A DNA stretch of 46,792 nucleotides from Candidatus Nomurabacteria bacterium (GCA_016199805.1 JACQGC010000005.1:72019-118810), one strand, 5' to 3'. Shown: positions 34,594 through 44,536, numbered from the stretch's first letter. Translations and numbers: made by a program. The notes: generated by a model from the letters alone, not told the origin.

Positions 34594-35145
34594 TTATTTA
34601 CTTTTCATTTTTTCATAAAGCATAATGTCGTATTTGCCATCTAGAACCACATCAGACTTAGACACACCGACAATCTCCAGAAAATCAAACAATTTCTCTT
34701 GGATTTTTTTCCTGTCTTCGTGATTTTTATGTTTCACTATCTTTTCTATTTCAATAAATTCTCCTAAATGTTTTACATTATCTAGAACTATCTCCATGTC
34801 TTTATAATTCGTCTTTATCCTCTTTTTATCTACGGGTATAAATTCTTCGTAACCAATCATGTTCAGTATCTGAAGCATCATTTTTCCATCTGATATTTTC
34901 AACTCCCTTTCCAGTGAGTCCTGCCTACTTCCCTGAGAAATTTTCAAAGTAAAAATATATTCATTGTTTTGTTTACGTACTCGAAGGACGGGTACATCAA
35001 AAGGTGAAGGAAAAGGTGTTCCTTTGGGCAAGAAAATGTGATCTACTTGATGCAACTCTTCCCCAAACTTACAACCAAAATCTTTCAACTTTTTCATTAC
35101 GGTCTTTCTGTTTCTTAATTTTGCTTTTATTTCTATTTCGTACAT
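34594..35145 (-). CDS. CYTH / class IV adenylate cyclase-like protein (paralog 2)
   Basis: EIEIK (ExExK), LRVR, TLK, GEFIEIE. Confidence 0.85.
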   Translation of the reverse strand: MYEIEIKAKLRNRKTVMKKLKDFGCKFGEELHQVDHIFLPKGTPFPSPFDVPVLRVRKQNNEYIFTLKISQGSRQDSLERELKISDGKMMLQILNMIGYEEFIPVDKKRIKTNYKDMEIVLDNVKHLGEFIEIEKIVKHKNHEDRKKIQEKLFDFLEIVGVSKSDVVLDGKYDIMLYEKMKSK

Positions 35146-35150
35146 AAAAT

Positions 35151-35708
35151 TTATTTTTTCTTTTTCATTCTCTTTTCCCAAAGCATAATTGGGTATTTAC
35201 CTTCATATACTCTGTCCTTTTCTCCTATTCCCAACGTTCCCAGAAAATCAAAAAGTTCTCTTTGAATTTTCTTTCTTTTTTCGGGATTTTTTGCAGTCAC
35301 AATTTTTTCGGCCTCAATAAAATCCCCTAGACCTTTCACTGTGTCTAGAACAATTTCTATGTCTCCGACGTGAGTTTTAATTCTCTTTTTATCAACAATC
35401 GGTATTTCATAAAATTTAATATGCTTAACTATTTCCACCATCATACTCCCGTCCAGTATTTCCAATTCTCTTTCTATGCAGTCTTGTCTGCCGCTTTGTG
35501 TTATTTTGAGAGTAAATAAAACTTTTTCGTTTTCTTTCCTGACACGAAAAACAGGGGTTCCCAAGGGTTCAGGTAAAGGTATCCCTTCCGGCAGGAAAAT
35601 TCTATCAACTTGGTGCAGTTCTTTTGAAAATTTACAACCAAAAGTCTTCAGTCTTTTTATGACTTCTTTTCTGTTCTGTAAGTGGGCTTTTACTTCTACT
35701 TCATACAT
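35151..35708 (-). CDS. CYTH / class IV adenylate cyclase-like protein (paralog 1)
   Basis: EVEVK, FRVR, TLK, GDFIEAE. Confidence 0.85.
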   Translation of the reverse strand: MYEVEVKAHLQNRKEVIKRLKTFGCKFSKELHQVDRIFLPEGIPLPEPLGTPVFRVRKENEKVLFTLKITQSGRQDCIERELEILDGSMMVEIVKHIKFYEIPIVDKKRIKTHVGDIEIVLDTVKGLGDFIEAEKIVTAKNPEKRKKIQRELFDFLGTLGIGEKDRVYEGKYPIMLWEKRMKKKK

Positions 35709-35720
35709 ACCACAATACTA

Positions 35721-36803
35721 CTAGAGATTCAGAGCTTTGACTAGTTGCTTTATGAGTCCGACAACCACTGGTGGGGCTAGAAGACTATAAGAATCAAGAC
35801 CTTCGTCGTCTTTGACAATCCAAGGCTCTTCTGTAATGGTTACTTTGTTGGTTTTTTCCTCGCGATTGAAAACATATTTTGGAGTTATTTCGTAATCATC
35901 CACAATTCCGTCTTTGATACTATTTACGGGCACAGCGTTCCTAAGAAGAATTTTTGGGATACCATGCAAAGACATCACCTTGGTAATTAATTTTTCGTCC
36001 AATTCCAAGCGGTCCTTGATGCTTTCAATGCCGGCATTATCCCCTTCCTTACCAACCATTCTCGCGCCATTACATTCCGGATTGTCGCATTTCAAGAAAA
36101 ACTTTCCGGTCTTTTCGTCATAGCCCGCTTCTTTGGTCGGGAAAGTTGTCAGATTTCTGGGTGCCTGGCACACAGGGCAAACTACGCGGTTGCGCATACG
36201 TTCATCTATCACCGATAGAGGTATGCTGATAGCCACAAATATGTCCGGATCTAGACGATAGTTTACTAAATCCCTGAAATACAATGAGTATTGCACTTGA
36301 TCCAAGTCTCTAGGAAAACCATCCAAGAAAATAACCTTGCGGCCAAGTTTGTCGATTTCTCTTTTTACGAGGGCCATAATAAATTCTGTTGGCAAAAGAT
36401 TTTTCTGACTTTTACCTATCAAGGCATCAATGGCCTCGTCGATAGAAATATAACCGCGATAGTGTTGCTCTAGATAATCGGTGATTATTTTTCTTTCTTT
36501 CGGATCTTCAATGATTTTATGCGTTTCGCGAACCAAATCTCCCACAGAGATATGTCCGATTTTATCCGCGCCGAAAATTTCCGCCATCAATTTGGTATAA
36601 GTTCCCTTACCTGAATTTTTCTTTCCAAGAAGATAAGCGATAAAGGTGTTTTCTTTCAAGTATTCTCTTAATTTAGCTATTTCCGGTCCGACTTTCGCTT
36701 CGAAATACTCCTTACGGTCATTTCGGTCGTTAAGGTTAAACTTCTTGGTAACGTCAGGTATTGTGGTTTTTAAAACCGGAAAATCAGTTAATGGTCCTTT
36801 CAT
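35721..36803 (-). CDS. Extended adenylate-kinase-like protein with Cys4 lid
   Basis: GKKNSGKGT, HISVGDLVR, LDGFPR, CPVC..CDNPEC; start uncertain (36803 or 36836). Confidence 0.78.
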   Translation of the reverse strand: MKGPLTDFPVLKTTIPDVTKKFNLNDRNDRKEYFEAKVGPEIAKLREYLKENTFIAYLLGKKNSGKGTYTKLMAEIFGADKIGHISVGDLVRETHKIIEDPKERKIITDYLEQHYRGYISIDEAIDALIGKSQKNLLPTEFIMALVKREIDKLGRKVIFLDGFPRDLDQVQYSLYFRDLVNYRLDPDIFVAISIPLSVIDERMRNRVVCPVCQAPRNLTTFPTKEAGYDEKTGKFFLKCDNPECNGARMVGKEGDNAGIESIKDRLELDEKLITKVMSLHGIPKILLRNAVPVNSIKDGIVDDYEITPKYVFNREEKTNKVTITEEPWIVKDDEGLDSYSLLAPPVVVGLIKQLVKALNL

Positions 36804-36890
36804 AAAATTATATAAACTAAAAATGGCTTTCGCCAATATGATAATATGCCTATTCTAACAGAAAAAAGTAATTTTGCAAAATGCAAAAAA

Positions 36891-36968
36891 ACCTCATCCC
36901 CCGCCTTCCCCTGGAAATGGGAAGGAGCTGAATTCCCCCTCTCCTTCCAGGAGAGGGTTAGGGTGAGG
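36891..36968. repeat. Composite REP-like palindromes
   Basis: acctcatcccccgccttcccctggaaatgggaagg ... ccctctccttccaggagagggttagggtgagg. Confidence 0.8.
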
Positions 36969-39737
36969 TTACTCCATCGACTTATACCTCCCCATGATTT
37001 CCGCTTCCACTTCTTCGCGGTCGCGGCCGAATTTTACGTACGAAAGTTGTTTCAAACTGTCTACTATATCCGGGTTGCCCTGCTCGGGAGCCATGGTATG
37101 TAAATTGAACGGTTTGGTGGGCTGACCATTAACCAGCATGCTCATATAGGCATTATAATTGTCCAGCTTGGTGATATCGGAAGCGCTAAATTGTGGTTTG
37201 AATTTCGGCTCCAGGAATGTGGCATCTTCGGTGCCCACACGGAACACGGCAATGGAACCGACGTTGCCAAAGACGGCATTTTTGATATTGTCTTCCAGTT
37301 GGGAAATATACTGATGGGCAATATTGAGCGACAATCTGTATTTGCGAGCTTCCGACAAAATGGAAGCGATGGAATCTGTCGTAACATTTTGGAACTCGTC
37401 GATATAAAGATAAAAATCATTCATAGGCTTCCCAAACATATCCACCCGGGACAGCGCAGCCATTTGTATTTTGCCGACGAGCACGAGACCGATGAGGTTT
37501 GCGTTGATGTCTCCCAGGCGTCCTTTGGAAAGATTCACCAAGAGAATTTTTTTCTCATCCATAATTTTCCTGAAGTTGAAAACGGAATTTTGCTGGAGCA
37601 CCACAGGGCGCATGATGTCGTTTGAGATGAAATTATCAAACTTGGAAGAAATATATGGCACGAAGTTTGCCAAGCTTTGGTCGCCGGTCGTCTGCTCGGC
37701 GGAAATCCAAAACTGCTTGATGATTGGATTCTTGCACTTAGCGAGTTTCATATCGCGGAATTCTTTGTCGGCCAGAATGCGCGTAATCTCTAGCAGTGTG
37801 GAGCCGGACTCCGGGTCTTCCATCACCAAAAAAGCGCTGTTTCGGAAATATTGTTCAAACATCGCTCCGCCGCCCACTTTCATGTCAAAAAGTTTGTTGA
37901 AAATTCCCATCATCTCGTTAACCACGAAAGTTTTCTGCTCGGGGTACTTTGGGTCATACTCCAGCATGTTTAGCCCCATCGGGCGGGCCGTGTATGCCGG
38001 GTCAAAATATATGACATCGTCAATACGCTCCTTGGGGATACGCGACAAGATAGTTTGAATGTCTGTGCCGTGCGGGTCTATATAGCAGCAACCGTCTCCG
38101 TTTCGGATATCCTGCGTTATCATATTGAGCATGATGTTGGTCTTACCGGTACCCGTCTGGCCGATGACATAAAAGTGCCGCATACGGTCTTCGCGAGCCA
38201 TGTGTATATCGGTGTCTTTGCCACGGTAGCTGTTTACCCCTAGCACAATCCCTTGCTGGCCCATTTCAATAGGCGCAGGCGCTATACCGGCTTTGGCTTC
38301 TTTGAGTTGTGGCTGGCTGCCGATACCGACCGGGAAATGGAATACCGAAGACAATTCTTTTAAATTCATCGGCAATATTTTGTCGTTGGAAAATGTGCGG
38401 TAAGAAAAATCGTGGAAAAGTTTCTTTAAGTCTCCCCCGTGCGCTTCTTCAAACACAAAAGAGTTGCTGGCTGCTTCGGAAAACTGGTTGAACGAAGATT
38501 CAATTTCTTTAAGTATGGACTGGGCGCGTTCCCTGGTCTCCCCCGAGGCGATGACCCGGATATTCGCCTTCATGATGGTGCTTTTTATCTTGTTAGCTAT
38601 CTTTTCGGCAGCACCTTCGTCCACGGCCCGCCTGCCTTTCATATATTTTTCCTTCTTTTCGTCTTCTGTTTTTTCTTTATAACCAAAAAGTAAACCCTTG
38701 CCGACTTTCATGAGAGCATGATTGAATTTGTAGAAGTTGTCCGAGGCGTGTTTAACCGAATACCCGTCTTTGATATCGTCTAAAATTTTGTGGAACTCGT
38801 CTATGAATTTATCTCCGGCCGGGGCCACGACAAACTGTATCGCTGCGCCTTCACCGGCAGTTTGTAGCTTGGAGAAAACATTCAATATCGGGCTCATGGG
38901 GTCATGGTCTATGTTTTCGTAAGTTTTTATCGGCATTACTCCCCGCTGGGTAAAAGACGCGTACGCGCCGGCCGAACCTCCCATTTCGTTGAACACATTG
39001 TAATCGTCCTCAACTTCACGGACTTTTGCATTGTGGTAAAAAGATAAAATTTGTTTTTCAAAAAGAGAAAGGTGCTTGTTGGGAATGGCGGCATAGATGA
39101 TGACTTCGTCGTGTTGATTGCCCAGAGCTATCTCCAAGCTGAAATAATTTTCTTTCTCGTTGTTGCGCCCTTCCGATATGGATTGCATGCCGGCATAAAA
39201 TTGTTCCATCGCGCCGATGAATTCCTTGAAGCCTTTTGATTTGTCGGCTTCTTCTGTAGGTGGCGGCAAGGTGATTTCAAAAAGAGTCATATTGAGAGCT
39301 TTATAAATCGGCGTGCCTTCTTTGAAATCCGATATTGCTTGCCCTGTCTTTAAATACTGAATAAGTACGCGGTGAAAATCGTCATCTACGTGCGGGCTGT
39401 TCATGGCCTCCACCACACTAAGCGCGTTGCGTACTCCTTTGGTAATGACAATGCCGAGAAGTTCTTCCATCACGGCGTCATGCGGTTCAGGCTTTAGTTT
39501 AAGTACTATGCCTTCCGCTTCTTTTTTGCCAATGATAGTGTCCTTGTGGACCAAATCTTCCGCCGGCAAATTTTTGTACCCACTGATGACATCTCCGGTC
39601 GCTTTTTCAGTGGCATTTTCAAAATGGCCCAGACCGATGAGTTCTTCTTCCCTCTTGGCTACATGCGCGCGCAAATAATCCAGTTCCTCTTCGGGAGTCT
39701 TGAACTTTGGCATCTCTTTAAAAAAGGATGGTTCCAT
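36969..39737 (-). CDS. Large VirB4/TraD(HerA-FtsK)-like ATPase, T4SS coupling-protein-like
   Basis: RHFYVIGQTGTGKT, IDPHG, LYIDEFQN, SEARKYRL..AHQY..QL, GNVG. Confidence 0.85.
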   Translation of the reverse strand: MEPSFFKEMPKFKTPEEELDYLRAHVAKREEELIGLGHFENATEKATGDVISGYKNLPAEDLVHKDTIIGKKEAEGIVLKLKPEPHDAVMEELLGIVITKGVRNALSVVEAMNSPHVDDDFHRVLIQYLKTGQAISDFKEGTPIYKALNMTLFEITLPPPTEEADKSKGFKEFIGAMEQFYAGMQSISEGRNNEKENYFSLEIALGNQHDEVIIYAAIPNKHLSLFEKQILSFYHNAKVREVEDDYNVFNEMGGSAGAYASFTQRGVMPIKTYENIDHDPMSPILNVFSKLQTAGEGAAIQFVVAPAGDKFIDEFHKILDDIKDGYSVKHASDNFYKFNHALMKVGKGLLFGYKEKTEDEKKEKYMKGRRAVDEGAAEKIANKIKSTIMKANIRVIASGETRERAQSILKEIESSFNQFSEAASNSFVFEEAHGGDLKKLFHDFSYRTFSNDKILPMNLKELSSVFHFPVGIGSQPQLKEAKAGIAPAPIEMGQQGIVLGVNSYRGKDTDIHMAREDRMRHFYVIGQTGTGKTNIMLNMITQDIRNGDGCCYIDPHGTDIQTILSRIPKERIDDVIYFDPAYTARPMGLNMLEYDPKYPEQKTFVVNEMMGIFNKLFDMKVGGGAMFEQYFRNSAFLVMEDPESGSTLLEITRILADKEFRDMKLAKCKNPIIKQFWISAEQTTGDQSLANFVPYISSKFDNFISNDIMRPVVLQQNSVFNFRKIMDEKKILLVNLSKGRLGDINANLIGLVLVGKIQMAALSRVDMFGKPMNDFYLYIDEFQNVTTDSIASILSEARKYRLSLNIAHQYISQLEDNIKNAVFGNVGSIAVFRVGTEDATFLEPKFKPQFSASDITKLDNYNAYMSMLVNGQPTKPFNLHTMAPEQGNPDIVDSLKQLSYVKFGRDREEVEAEIMGRYKSME

Positions 39738-39757
39738 ATTTTATATTATACACCAAG

Positions 39758-39862
39758 GGGGCAGCTTTTTGAATTTTGGAGACTTGCGCAGGCTGGCGAG
39801 CCGAGCAGGAGGAATTTTTTAGCAAAAAAATATCTGTGCTCCAAAATTTAAAAACCGACACC
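39758..39862. repeat. ~105-bp element with imperfect 24-bp terminal inverted repeats (MITE-like)
   Basis: tttttgaattttggag ... ctccaaaatttaaaaa core. Confidence 0.5.
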
Positions 39863-40632
39863 TAGACTTTGGTTAAAACTTCTGCATCCCCTTCTGTAAT
39901 CAAAATAGTATGTTCAAAATGAGCACTAGGTTTGCGGTCGGCGGTGCGGAATGTCCAATCGTCTTCATCTATCGTCACGTTTTTGGTGCCCAGGTTTAAC
40001 ATCGGTTCGAGCGCTATCACCATGCCGGGCACGAGCTTTACCCCTTTGCCTTTCTTGCCGAAATTCGGGATAAACGGGTCTTCGTGAATGTGTTTGCCTA
40101 CCCCGTGCCCAGCCAGGACCTCCACGATACCGTATCTGCCCTGCGAATGAATAAAGCTCTCTATAGCTTCCCCAATATCTCCTGTTGTATTGCCTCCCCG
40201 GGCCGCATCTATGCCTACTTGGAGAGCTTGCTCGGTGACGCTCATGAGCTTTGAGATTTTTTCATCGACTTTGCCCACGGGCGCAGTCAAAGCCATATCT
40301 GTGAAAAGTCCTTTGTGTTTTATTCCCAAATCAATGGAAACGATATCACCCTCTTTTAAAATTCGGTTTTTCTTTGGAATACCGTGCACCACTTCGTCGT
40401 TGACCGACACGCAAAGCGCCGCCGGGAAAGGAGTACTCGCGCCCTCGGGGCGATAATTTAAAAATGCGGGAGTGTCCCCCATCTCGCGTATCAATTTCTC
40501 CGCGTAAGTATCCAAATCTTTGGTGGAAACGCCGGGCTTGATGATGTCGCGGACAGCGTAAAGCACCGAAGCCAAATGCTTCCCGCCTTCGCGAATTATT
40601 TCTATTTCTTCGGGTGTTTTGATGATAATCAT
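39862..40632 (-). CDS. map: Methionine aminopeptidase type I
   Basis: SVNDEVVHGIP, D..D, GHGVG..IHEDP, EPM, AHFEHT. Confidence 0.97.
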   Translation of the reverse strand: MIIIKTPEEIEIIREGGKHLASVLYAVRDIIKPGVSTKDLDTYAEKLIREMGDTPAFLNYRPEGASTPFPAALCVSVNDEVVHGIPKKNRILKEGDIVSIDLGIKHKGLFTDMALTAPVGKVDEKISKLMSVTEQALQVGIDAARGGNTTGDIGEAIESFIHSQGRYGIVEVLAGHGVGKHIHEDPFIPNFGKKGKGVKLVPGMVIALEPMLNLGTKNVTIDEDDWTFRTADRKPSAHFEHTILITEGDAEVLTKV

Positions 40633-41220
40633 TTAATATCCCAAGGCTTTAAAAATATCCTTGTGCACATCTTCTATACTTTGCTCTCCATTGATGGTGA
40701 AAGTTTTATAGTTTTCTTTGTCTTCAAAATAATTCATTGCCGGAACAACGTTGTTCACATACTCGTTAAATCTCGTGGCAATTCCCTCGTCTGTGTCGTC
40801 ATGCCTTCCCCTGAGTTTTAATCTTTTAATGGCTTCTGCTTTTGATATTTCTATATAAATAATTTTTATGTCTTTTCTGTCATAAAATTTCATCATATCC
40901 GCAAAACTCATTGATTGAGCCACGGCCCGAGGATATCCGTCGGCAATTATGTGCTTTTCTGGAGTCAAAAAGGAAATAAAAAGATTAGCCATTATTGCGT
41001 CGGTTAAAAATCCCGGAAGGAGCTCCCCGCGAGAAAGAGGGCCTTTTACCAAGGTGCCGGTATAATTGTCGGACTGTATCATGCTCCGATACTCCTTGCC
41101 CGGGGAAACATAGACGGTTTCTAGCCCATCTTTCTTTTTCAAGTAATCTGTGAGCAATTCTATTTGTGTCCCTTTGCCGGAGCCCACTTGTCCAAAAAAT
41201 ACGAATGTTTGCGGTTGCAT
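40633..41220 (-). CDS. adk: Adenylate kinase (short-lid type)
   Basis: GQVGSGKGTQ, DGYPR, RGRHDD; position before map. Confidence 0.85.
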   Translation of the reverse strand: MQPQTFVFFGQVGSGKGTQIELLTDYLKKKDGLETVYVSPGKEYRSMIQSDNYTGTLVKGPLSRGELLPGFLTDAIMANLFISFLTPEKHIIADGYPRAVAQSMSFADMMKFYDRKDIKIIYIEISKAEAIKRLKLRGRHDDTDEGIATRFNEYVNNVVPAMNYFEDKENYKTFTINGEQSIEDVHKDIFKALGY

Positions 41221-41260
41221 ATATTTTTAGAATACAGGAATTTTGGTCAAAAATCAAATA

Positions 41261-41314
41261 ACCTCATCTTCGCCTTCTCCTCCCCCTAAATGTAGGGGGA
41301 GGTTAGGTAGGGGT
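41261..41314. repeat. REP-like palindrome
   Basis: cctccccctaaatgtagggggagg-ttaggtaggggt. Confidence 0.7.
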
Positions 41315-41348
41315 ATAATTTTGAGCAGAAACGTGCTTTAATATAAGC

Positions 41349-41945
41349 ATGAAAAAACTTGGCTTTAATATAGTGCTCTTGGGCATGATAGCCTCTGGCA
41401 AAGAAACTCAGGCAAATATTCTGAAAAAGAAATATGCATTAAAATTTATAGAAACAGGGGTATATTCTCGCAATCTCCTAAAAGAGAAAAGTAAAAATGG
41501 CGACTGGGCCAGGCGTACGGCTGGCAAAGGTAAACCCCTACCAACTGCCTTAATGCAAAAATTTTTGGTTAAGGAAATAAACAATAAGCCCAAAAATAAA
41601 GATTTGCTTTTTCTTGGAGGGCCAAGACTGAAACCGGAAGCCCAGCTTGTTAAAAAAATTCTAAATAAAGCAAATCAAGATTTTCTGGTTTTATACATTT
41701 CTTTGCCCGATAAAGAAGTCTACAGGCGTTCCCTTTTACGAAAAGAAGGAAACATGAAAGCGATTTATAAAGTCTTTGATACAAAAAAAATTATTGCAGT
41801 AAGAATTGCCTGGCACAAAGACCAAGTCGGCAAAACGGTAAAATATTTCAAGGGTTTAAATAAACTAAAAATAATAAACGGTAATCAACCGATTCTAAAA
41901 GTTACAAAAGATATTTTGAAGGAGATTGAGAAATACAAAAACTAG
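41349..41945 (+). CDS. Divergent nucleoside monophosphate kinase (Adk-like), antisense to the operon
   Basis: GMIASGKETQ, GGPR..EA, INGNQPI; stop overlaps the secY stop. Confidence 0.75.
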   Translation: MKKLGFNIVLLGMIASGKETQANILKKKYALKFIETGVYSRNLLKEKSKNGDWARRTAGKGKPLPTALMQKFLVKEINNKPKNKDLLFLGGPRLKPEAQLVKKILNKANQDFLVLYISLPDKEVYRRSLLRKEGNMKAIYKVFDTKKIIAVRIAWHKDQVGKTVKYFKGLNKLKIINGNQPILKVTKDILKEIEKYKN

Positions 41946-43213
41946 TACTCCCGCATAGAAACCTGCGCGTCGACTTTTTTGATGAGGTCTAGGACTACCG
42001 AAACCACGATGAGCACCGAGGTGCCACCTAGGGCCAAGGACGTGTCTCCGGTGATGAACTGCATTATGAGTGGCAAAACGGCTATAAAGCCTAGGAATAC
42101 TGCGCCTAGAAGCGTAATTCTGGTCAAAACATTTGAGATATAAGACGAGGTGGATGCGCCCGGGCGAATGCCTGGAATGAACGCGCCGTTTTTTTGCAGG
42201 TTGGTGGAAAGCGCTTCCGGGTCAAAGGTGACCGCCGTATAGAAATACGTAAACATAAATACAAAAATAAAATACAGTACTGCATAGAGTACGGATGTTT
42301 GGGTAAATTTAAGAAGCACACCGGAGATGCTGTGTAAAACAGGATTTGCAAAACGAGCCAGAAATGTTCCAATCATTTGTGGAAAAAGAAGAATAGACAG
42401 CGCGAAAATTATCGGAATAACTCCGGCTTGGTTTACGCGAAGTGGTAAATACGTGGAACCACCGCCATACATCTTCATGCCGCGCACGCGTTTGGCATAA
42501 GTGACAGGTATCGGTCTCTCCGCTTCGGTGACGAGCACAATGCCAGCCAAGATGAGCACTCCGACTACGGCAAATACCAAATATAGAGGAACCTGGGAAA
42601 CATCGAAGGTGAAAATGTGCTGGCTGACCCAAGATGGCAAACGGGAAACTATACCGGCAAAAATAATAAGTGAAACACCGTTACCGATACCAAATTCCGA
42701 CACGAGCTCGCCAATCCACATCAAGAGAACCGAGCCGGCAATGACGATAAATAAATTGGTGATGCGGTCAAAGGCGGTGAGATTAACCAAAATATTTTGC
42801 TTTTCCAAAATATACAAAAGACTGAAACCCTGGATAGCGGCCAAGGGCACAGTGAGTAATCTGCCATATTGAGTAAACCTCTTTCGTCCAGCTTCCCCTT
42901 CTTCGTGGTAAATACGTTTCAAGGAAGGAACCATGATAGTCAGAAGCTGCATGATGATGGAACCGGTGATGTATGGGCCGACACCGAGCATGATGACAGA
43001 CAGAGTGGAAAGTCCGCCGCCGGAGAATATATTTAAGATACCAAAAAATTGGTTGTTGGAAAGAAATCTATTTAGCTCTAGTGTATCAATTCCGGGAATA
43101 GGAATAGCCGCGAGTAATCTGAAAACTACCAAAGCAAAAAGCACGAACAAAACCCGCATACGCAAAGTCTTGTCTGTCCAAATTAATTTTATTTTATTCC
43201 AGAATGAATTCAT
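41942..43213 (-). CDS. secY: Preprotein translocase subunit SecY
   Basis: IPIPGI, LGVGPYI, GIGNGVSLIIFAGI, IPGIRPG, GGTSVLIVV. Confidence 0.98.
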   Translation of the reverse strand: MNSFWNKIKLIWTDKTLRMRVLFVLFALVVFRLLAAIPIPGIDTLELNRFLSNNQFFGILNIFSGGGLSTLSVIMLGVGPYITGSIIMQLLTIMVPSLKRIYHEEGEAGRKRFTQYGRLLTVPLAAIQGFSLLYILEKQNILVNLTAFDRITNLFIVIAGSVLLMWIGELVSEFGIGNGVSLIIFAGIVSRLPSWVSQHIFTFDVSQVPLYLVFAVVGVLILAGIVLVTEAERPIPVTYAKRVRGMKMYGGGSTYLPLRVNQAGVIPIIFALSILLFPQMIGTFLARFANPVLHSISGVLLKFTQTSVLYAVLYFIFVFMFTYFYTAVTFDPEALSTNLQKNGAFIPGIRPGASTSSYISNVLTRITLLGAVFLGFIAVLPLIMQFITGDTSLALGGTSVLIVVSVVLDLIKKVDAQVSMREY

Positions 43214-43250
43214 AGGTTCTAGGTTTTAGTCACTAGCACCTAGTCGCTAG
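43214..43250. repeat. Heptamer (CTAG-core) tandem array at the rplO/secY junction
   Basis: aggttctaggttttagtcactagcacctagtcgctag. Confidence 0.55.
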
Positions 43251-43257
43251 AAACTAA

Positions 43258-43569
43258 TTACTTAATAATTATGTGCTTTCCTTTGACGCCGAGACGCTTT
43301 CTGATTTCAGAATAACTTTCTCTTTTGTCGCCGACAGAGAGAACTTTATCCAAGGCCAATTTGAAAGGTTTCTTTTTGGATTTGAACTGATATCCGCGGT
43401 TTTTTGGAAGCTTCTTTATGATATCACGAAGTTCCGGTCGGCGCTTGTTGCCGGCACGGGCGGTCTGCCCCTTGCCACCACGGCCCGAAGTCTTGGCATG
43501 TTTGCCTCCTCGGCCCACCAGGCGGTCTCTCTTGTTCTTGTGAACTCTTTTTAAATTATGTATTTGCAT
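43258..43569 (-). CDS. rplO: 50S ribosomal protein L15 (short form)
   Basis: VGRGG..KTSGRGGKGQTARAG, LPKNRG. Confidence 0.9.
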   Translation of the reverse strand: MQIHNLKRVHKNKRDRLVGRGGKHAKTSGRGGKGQTARAGNKRRPELRDIIKKLPKNRGYQFKSKKKPFKLALDKVLSVGDKRESYSEIRKRLGVKGKHIIIK

Positions 43570-43573
43570 TAGA

Positions 43574-44158
43574 TTATTCGGTTACTTTTAACTCTTCTTT
43601 GTTGCCGACAACGACTGTTTCCGGAACAACTTTTACGTATTTGGAAGAAACTTGAGATAACGCCGCCATGACAGCTTTGGCGTTGTTCAGTTTGTTTTTA
43701 CTGTTGGACACAATCTTACCGGTAATGTCTTTGATTCCGGAAAGTTTGACTATATCACGGACAACCGAGCCGGCTACGAGCCCGCGGCCCTTGTTTGGCA
43801 TCAGTCTGACACTGGAGCTCGAAAATTTTGCGGATAGCTCGTGAGGAATGGACATGGTTTTGGTAAGGTTTAATCTAATCATGTTTTTCTTGGCGTTGCG
43901 AAGAGCTTTGTTTATGGCTAGAGCGGTATCTCCAGCTTTTCCGAGTCCCAAACCCACAGAACCTTTCTTGTCCCCGGCTACGAGCGCGACACTGAAAGAA
44001 AATCTGCGTCCTCCGGCAACCACACGAGTAACACGGCGAATATTTAAAATTTTCTGGTCAAATTCCGGCTTTACACGCCCAAAAGAAGAACCTCGGCGAT
44101 TGCTGTTCCTTTTTCCTCCGCTATCTCTTGTGTTTTCTTTTGGTTTATTGGTATCCAT
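43574..44158 (-). CDS. rpsE: 30S ribosomal protein S5
   Basis: RRVTRVVAGGRRFSF, GDKKGSVG. Confidence 0.97.
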   Translation of the reverse strand: MDTNKPKENTRDSGGKRNSNRRGSSFGRVKPEFDQKILNIRRVTRVVAGGRRFSFSVALVAGDKKGSVGLGLGKAGDTALAINKALRNAKKNMIRLNLTKTMSIPHELSAKFSSSSVRLMPNKGRGLVAGSVVRDIVKLSGIKDITGKIVSNSKNKLNNAKAVMAALSQVSSKYVKVVPETVVVGNKEELKVTE

Positions 44159-44166
44159 AATTTTTT

Positions 44167-44195
44167 ACTTTATAACTTTATAACTTTCTACTTTA
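44167..44195. repeat. AAAGTTAT-type array
   Basis: tactttataactttataactttctacttta. Confidence 0.75.
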
Positions 44196-44534
44196 AAACT
44201 CTAGACCTCCTGCTCGGGCTTCATCTGCCACTATTTTTATTCGTCCGGTATATTTGAATCCGTTTCGGTCAAAAACTACTTGCTTGATTTTTTTGGCGAT
44301 AGCGGCAGTGGCAATAGCCTTACCCACTTCTTTGGCCCTCTCGCTCTTGGTACCTTTGGTAGCTTTCACGTCGCTCGCTTGTACCAAAGTCTTACCAGCT
44401 ATATCGTTTATGACTTGCGCATAAATAAATTTGTTGGATCTGAAGACTGTCAGTCTCGGACGCACCTGCGTACCTCGGATTTTTGTCCTAATTTTTTTCT
44501 TCAGTCGTATTCTTTTGTCAGTTTTGTTAATCAT
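44193..44534 (-). CDS. rplR: 50S ribosomal protein L18
   Basis: RPRLTVFRSNK, VVFDRNG.KY.GR. Confidence 0.97.
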   Translation of the reverse strand: MINKTDKRIRLKKKIRTKIRGTQVRPRLTVFRSNKFIYAQVINDIAGKTLVQASDVKATKGTKSERAKEVGKAIATAAIAKKIKQVVFDRNGFKYTGRIKIVADEARAGGLEF

Positions 44535-44536
44535 AT

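Noticed and set aside
36969-39737. Conjugative element or ICE suggested by the VirB4/TraD-like ATPase
   Set aside because: No relaxase, integrase, mating-pair genes or att sites nearby; the gene sits among housekeeping genes
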